Assembly (NCBI GenBank): GCA_949285605.1
Contig: CASDZI010000007.1
Coordinates: 19,387 to 83,386 of the forward strand
DNA: 64,000 nt
Source: an uncultured Christensenella sp.
GTDB taxonomy: Bacteria > Bacillota > Clostridia > Christensenellales > DTU072
Direction of reading: 5' to 3'
Shown here: piece after piece, positions 62,144-64,000 of the stretch
How positions within the stretch are numbered: the first letter of the stretch is position 1
Layout: every line of letters begins with the position of its first letter
The notes under the pieces: model-generated
What the model saw: only the letters and a program-made list of their open reading frames with translations
What the model was told of the DNA's origin: nothing
Database searches by the model: none
Made by a program: the position numbers and the translations under genes

Positions 62144-63034
62144 TTATATTCCTGCGGTTTCTTTGATGTATTTACGGGCTTTGACGGCGTATTCGAAGGG
62201 ATCGGCGACGGCGGGGTCCTGTTCGGCTTCCACCAGCAACCAACCTTCGTATCCGGCGTCTGAAAGAATTTCGAACACCGGTTTGAAATCTATGCTGCCG
62301 TCTCCCGGAACGGTGAACGCACCCTTGCGGACGCCCTGAAGAAAACTCAGATCTTCCTTTTTGACCTGTTCTACCACGGCGGGACGAATGTCTTTCAGAT
62401 GGACGTGCTTGATCCTGTCGACGTATTTTTTCAAAACGGCGAGATAATCTTCTCCGCAATAAGCTAAATGTCCCGTGTCGTAGAGGAGGGAAACTTTGTC
62501 CCTATCGGTCATCGCCATAAAACGGTCTATTTCGTCGGCGGTCTGGACGACGGTGCCCATATGGTGGTGATAGGTGAGGGAAATACCGTACTCTGCGGCA
62601 ATTTCTCCCAAGCGGTTGAGTCCGTCGCAGAGAGTTTTCCACTCTTTGTCGTTGAGGACGTATTTGTGCCCGAAGACCGGAATGTCCTTACCCTGCACGC
62701 TGTAACTCTGTTCGCTGGCGCCGATACGTTTTGCGCCCATAAAGGCAAGGAATTCGCATTCGGCTCGGAAATCCTTTTCCACTTCCTCGAAAGGACGGGT
62801 AAGGATAAAGGAAGAGAACCATTTGTTGGCGATCTGCAGACCCCGTATGTCGAGGGCGCGTTTCAGGACCTCTCGGTCTTTAGGAAACTTGTTGCCTATT
62901 TCGCAACCCGTAAAGCCGGCGAGGGCCATTTCGCTGACGCATTGGGCGAAGGTGTTTTCCTTGCCGAGGTCGGGCATGTCGTCGTTGGTCCACCCGATGG
63001 GGGCTATCCCCAGTGAAACGTTTTTGAAATTCAT
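62144..63034 (-). CDS. iolE: Myo-inosose-2 dehydratase
   Basis: 296-aa xylose-isomerase-like TIM barrel. The N-terminus LGIAPIGWTNDDMPDLG is characteristic of IolE. Confidence 0.8.
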   Translation of the reverse strand: MNFKNVSLGIAPIGWTNDDMPDLGKENTFAQCVSEMALAGFTGCEIGNKFPKDREVLKRALDIRGLQIANKWFSSFILTRPFEEVEKDFRAECEFLAFMGAKRIGASEQSYSVQGKDIPVFGHKYVLNDKEWKTLCDGLNRLGEIAAEYGISLTYHHHMGTVVQTADEIDRFMAMTDRDKVSLLYDTGHLAYCGEDYLAVLKKYVDRIKHVHLKDIRPAVVEQVKKEDLSFLQGVRKGAFTVPGDGSIDFKPVFEILSDAGYEGWLLVEAEQDPAVADPFEYAVKARKYIKETAGI

Positions 63035-63065
63035 ATGATTTACCTCTTTAATAAAAGTTAAAATA

Positions 63066-64000
63066 TCAGTATTTTCTCGCCTGGGAAAGTTTTTCCTTTC
63101 TTTCCGCCAGAGCGTTTTCGGCTTTCTCGCCGTGCGGGACTTCGCTCACGCCCACGTTCCACCAGCTGCCGTAACCGTCGGTCATGGTCTTGGGCAGTAC
63201 CTTTATGTCGATGAGAACGGGGGAGGTCTGTTTCAAGGAGTCTTTCAGGGCGTTTTCCAGTTCCTTCATAGTCCTTGCGGTGTAGGATTTGAAACCGTAT
63301 CCGGCGGCGACGGCGGCGTAATCCACGTTCATAAAATCGCCTTCCCGTATTGGATCATTGCCGTTACGGCTCCTTAACTCGGTACAAAGGGAATCTATAC
63401 CTTGCCCCATCTGCAAGTTGTTGATGCATCCAAAACTTGCGTTGTCGAATAAAAGAACGTTGATTTTCAGGTGTTCCTGAACTGCGGTGAGCATTTCCGA
63501 ATGGAGCATATTGAAGCTTCCGTCGCCTGCGAAAGCGTAAACCTCCTTGTCGGGGCAAGCCATTTTGCTGCCCACCGCTCCGGCTATTTCGTAACCCATA
63601 CAGGAATAGCCGTATTCCATATTATAAGAGTAGAGGGCGTCGGTGGTCCACATTCTCTGCAGACACCCCGGGAGAGAACCCGAAGCTCCCACGGCTATGG
63701 CGTCGGAAGGGATAATGTTTCTGATAAGAGCTATCGCCGAGGTCTGGCAGATCGTCCCGCCCACGTTCCTGACGTAGTTTTCCAGACAGTCGGCGGTACG
63801 GATCTCGTTTTCGGGCGTCATGTCGGGGGAGTACTCTATAGCGGAAAGTCTGGCGTATTCTCTGTCCCAGTTCTTTTTGGCTTCGGAAATTTCTCCGCCG
63901 TAAGAAGATCTGTAATCGCCGAGCAGTTCGTCGAGTTTCCTTAAAGTCGCTTCGGCGTCGCCGAGCACGGGCACTGCGTCGAGTTTAGCCGCATGGAAAG
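63066..64000 (-). CDS. iolD: 3D-(3,5/4)-trihydroxycyclohexane-1,2-dione acylhydrolase (TPP enzyme), C-terminal part; N-terminus beyond right edge
   Basis: TPP-binding motif GDGSFNMLHSEMLTAVQEHLKINVLLFDNASFGCINNLQ. The frame remains open from 63974 to 64000 (..FHAAKLDA-VPVLGD), so the listed start is internal. Confidence 0.8.
   Translation of the reverse strand, partial: FHAAKLDAVPVLGDAEATLRKLDELLGDYRSSYGGEISEAKKNWDREYARLSAIEYSPDMTPENEIRTADCLENYVRNVGGTICQTSAIALIRNIIPSDAIAVGASGSLPGCLQRMWTTDALYSYNMEYGYSCMGYEIAGAVGSKMACPDKEVYAFAGDGSFNMLHSEMLTAVQEHLKINVLLFDNASFGCINNLQMGQGIDSLCTELRSRNGNDPIREGDFMNVDYAAVAAGYGFKSYTARTMKELENALKDSLKQTSPVLIDIKVLPKTMTDGYGSWWNVGVSEVPHGEKAENALAERKEKLSQARKY

Overview
This is a 64-kb chromosomal segment, apparently from an endospore-forming, Clostridia-type Firmicute. 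That origin is inferred from spoIIE, an overlapping spoIIR-sleB-ypeB operon, a Spo0A-type regulator, TGTCGAA 0A boxes, strong GGAGG-type RBSs and the conserved spoIIE..tilS-hpt neighbourhood. About 50 densely packed protein genes are present. Most are housekeeping: RumA-type rRNA methyltransferase, HU, secG, smpB, metY-metA, recF, argS, mgtE, cca, hpt and tilS. A partial myo-inositol catabolic cluster (iolD-E-A-G) sits at the right edge. Accessory content has three parts. First, a type-A chloramphenicol acetyltransferase. Second, two paralogous surface lipoproteins with InlB-B-repeat and BspA-type LRR domains; one is 3210 aa, and the other runs off the left edge and is missing from the supplied ORF track. 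Third, a sharply AT-rich ~4.7-kb cassette (about 9.4-14.1 kb) encoding an ECF sigma factor, a candidate anti-sigma factor, a lipoprotein and a secreted S8 subtilase. The C-terminus of that subtilase is a Hint (Hedgehog/intein-type) autoprocessing module followed by an uncharacterised ~84-aa tail. The best candidates for undescribed biology are that cassette and a Spo0A-like regulator with an Asp-less, degenerate receiver domain next to the giant surface-protein gene. No rRNA, tRNA, tmRNA, CRISPR array, transposase or integrase was recognised. All homology statements come from motif recognition by eye, not database searches, and start codons were refined by hand from RBS context.
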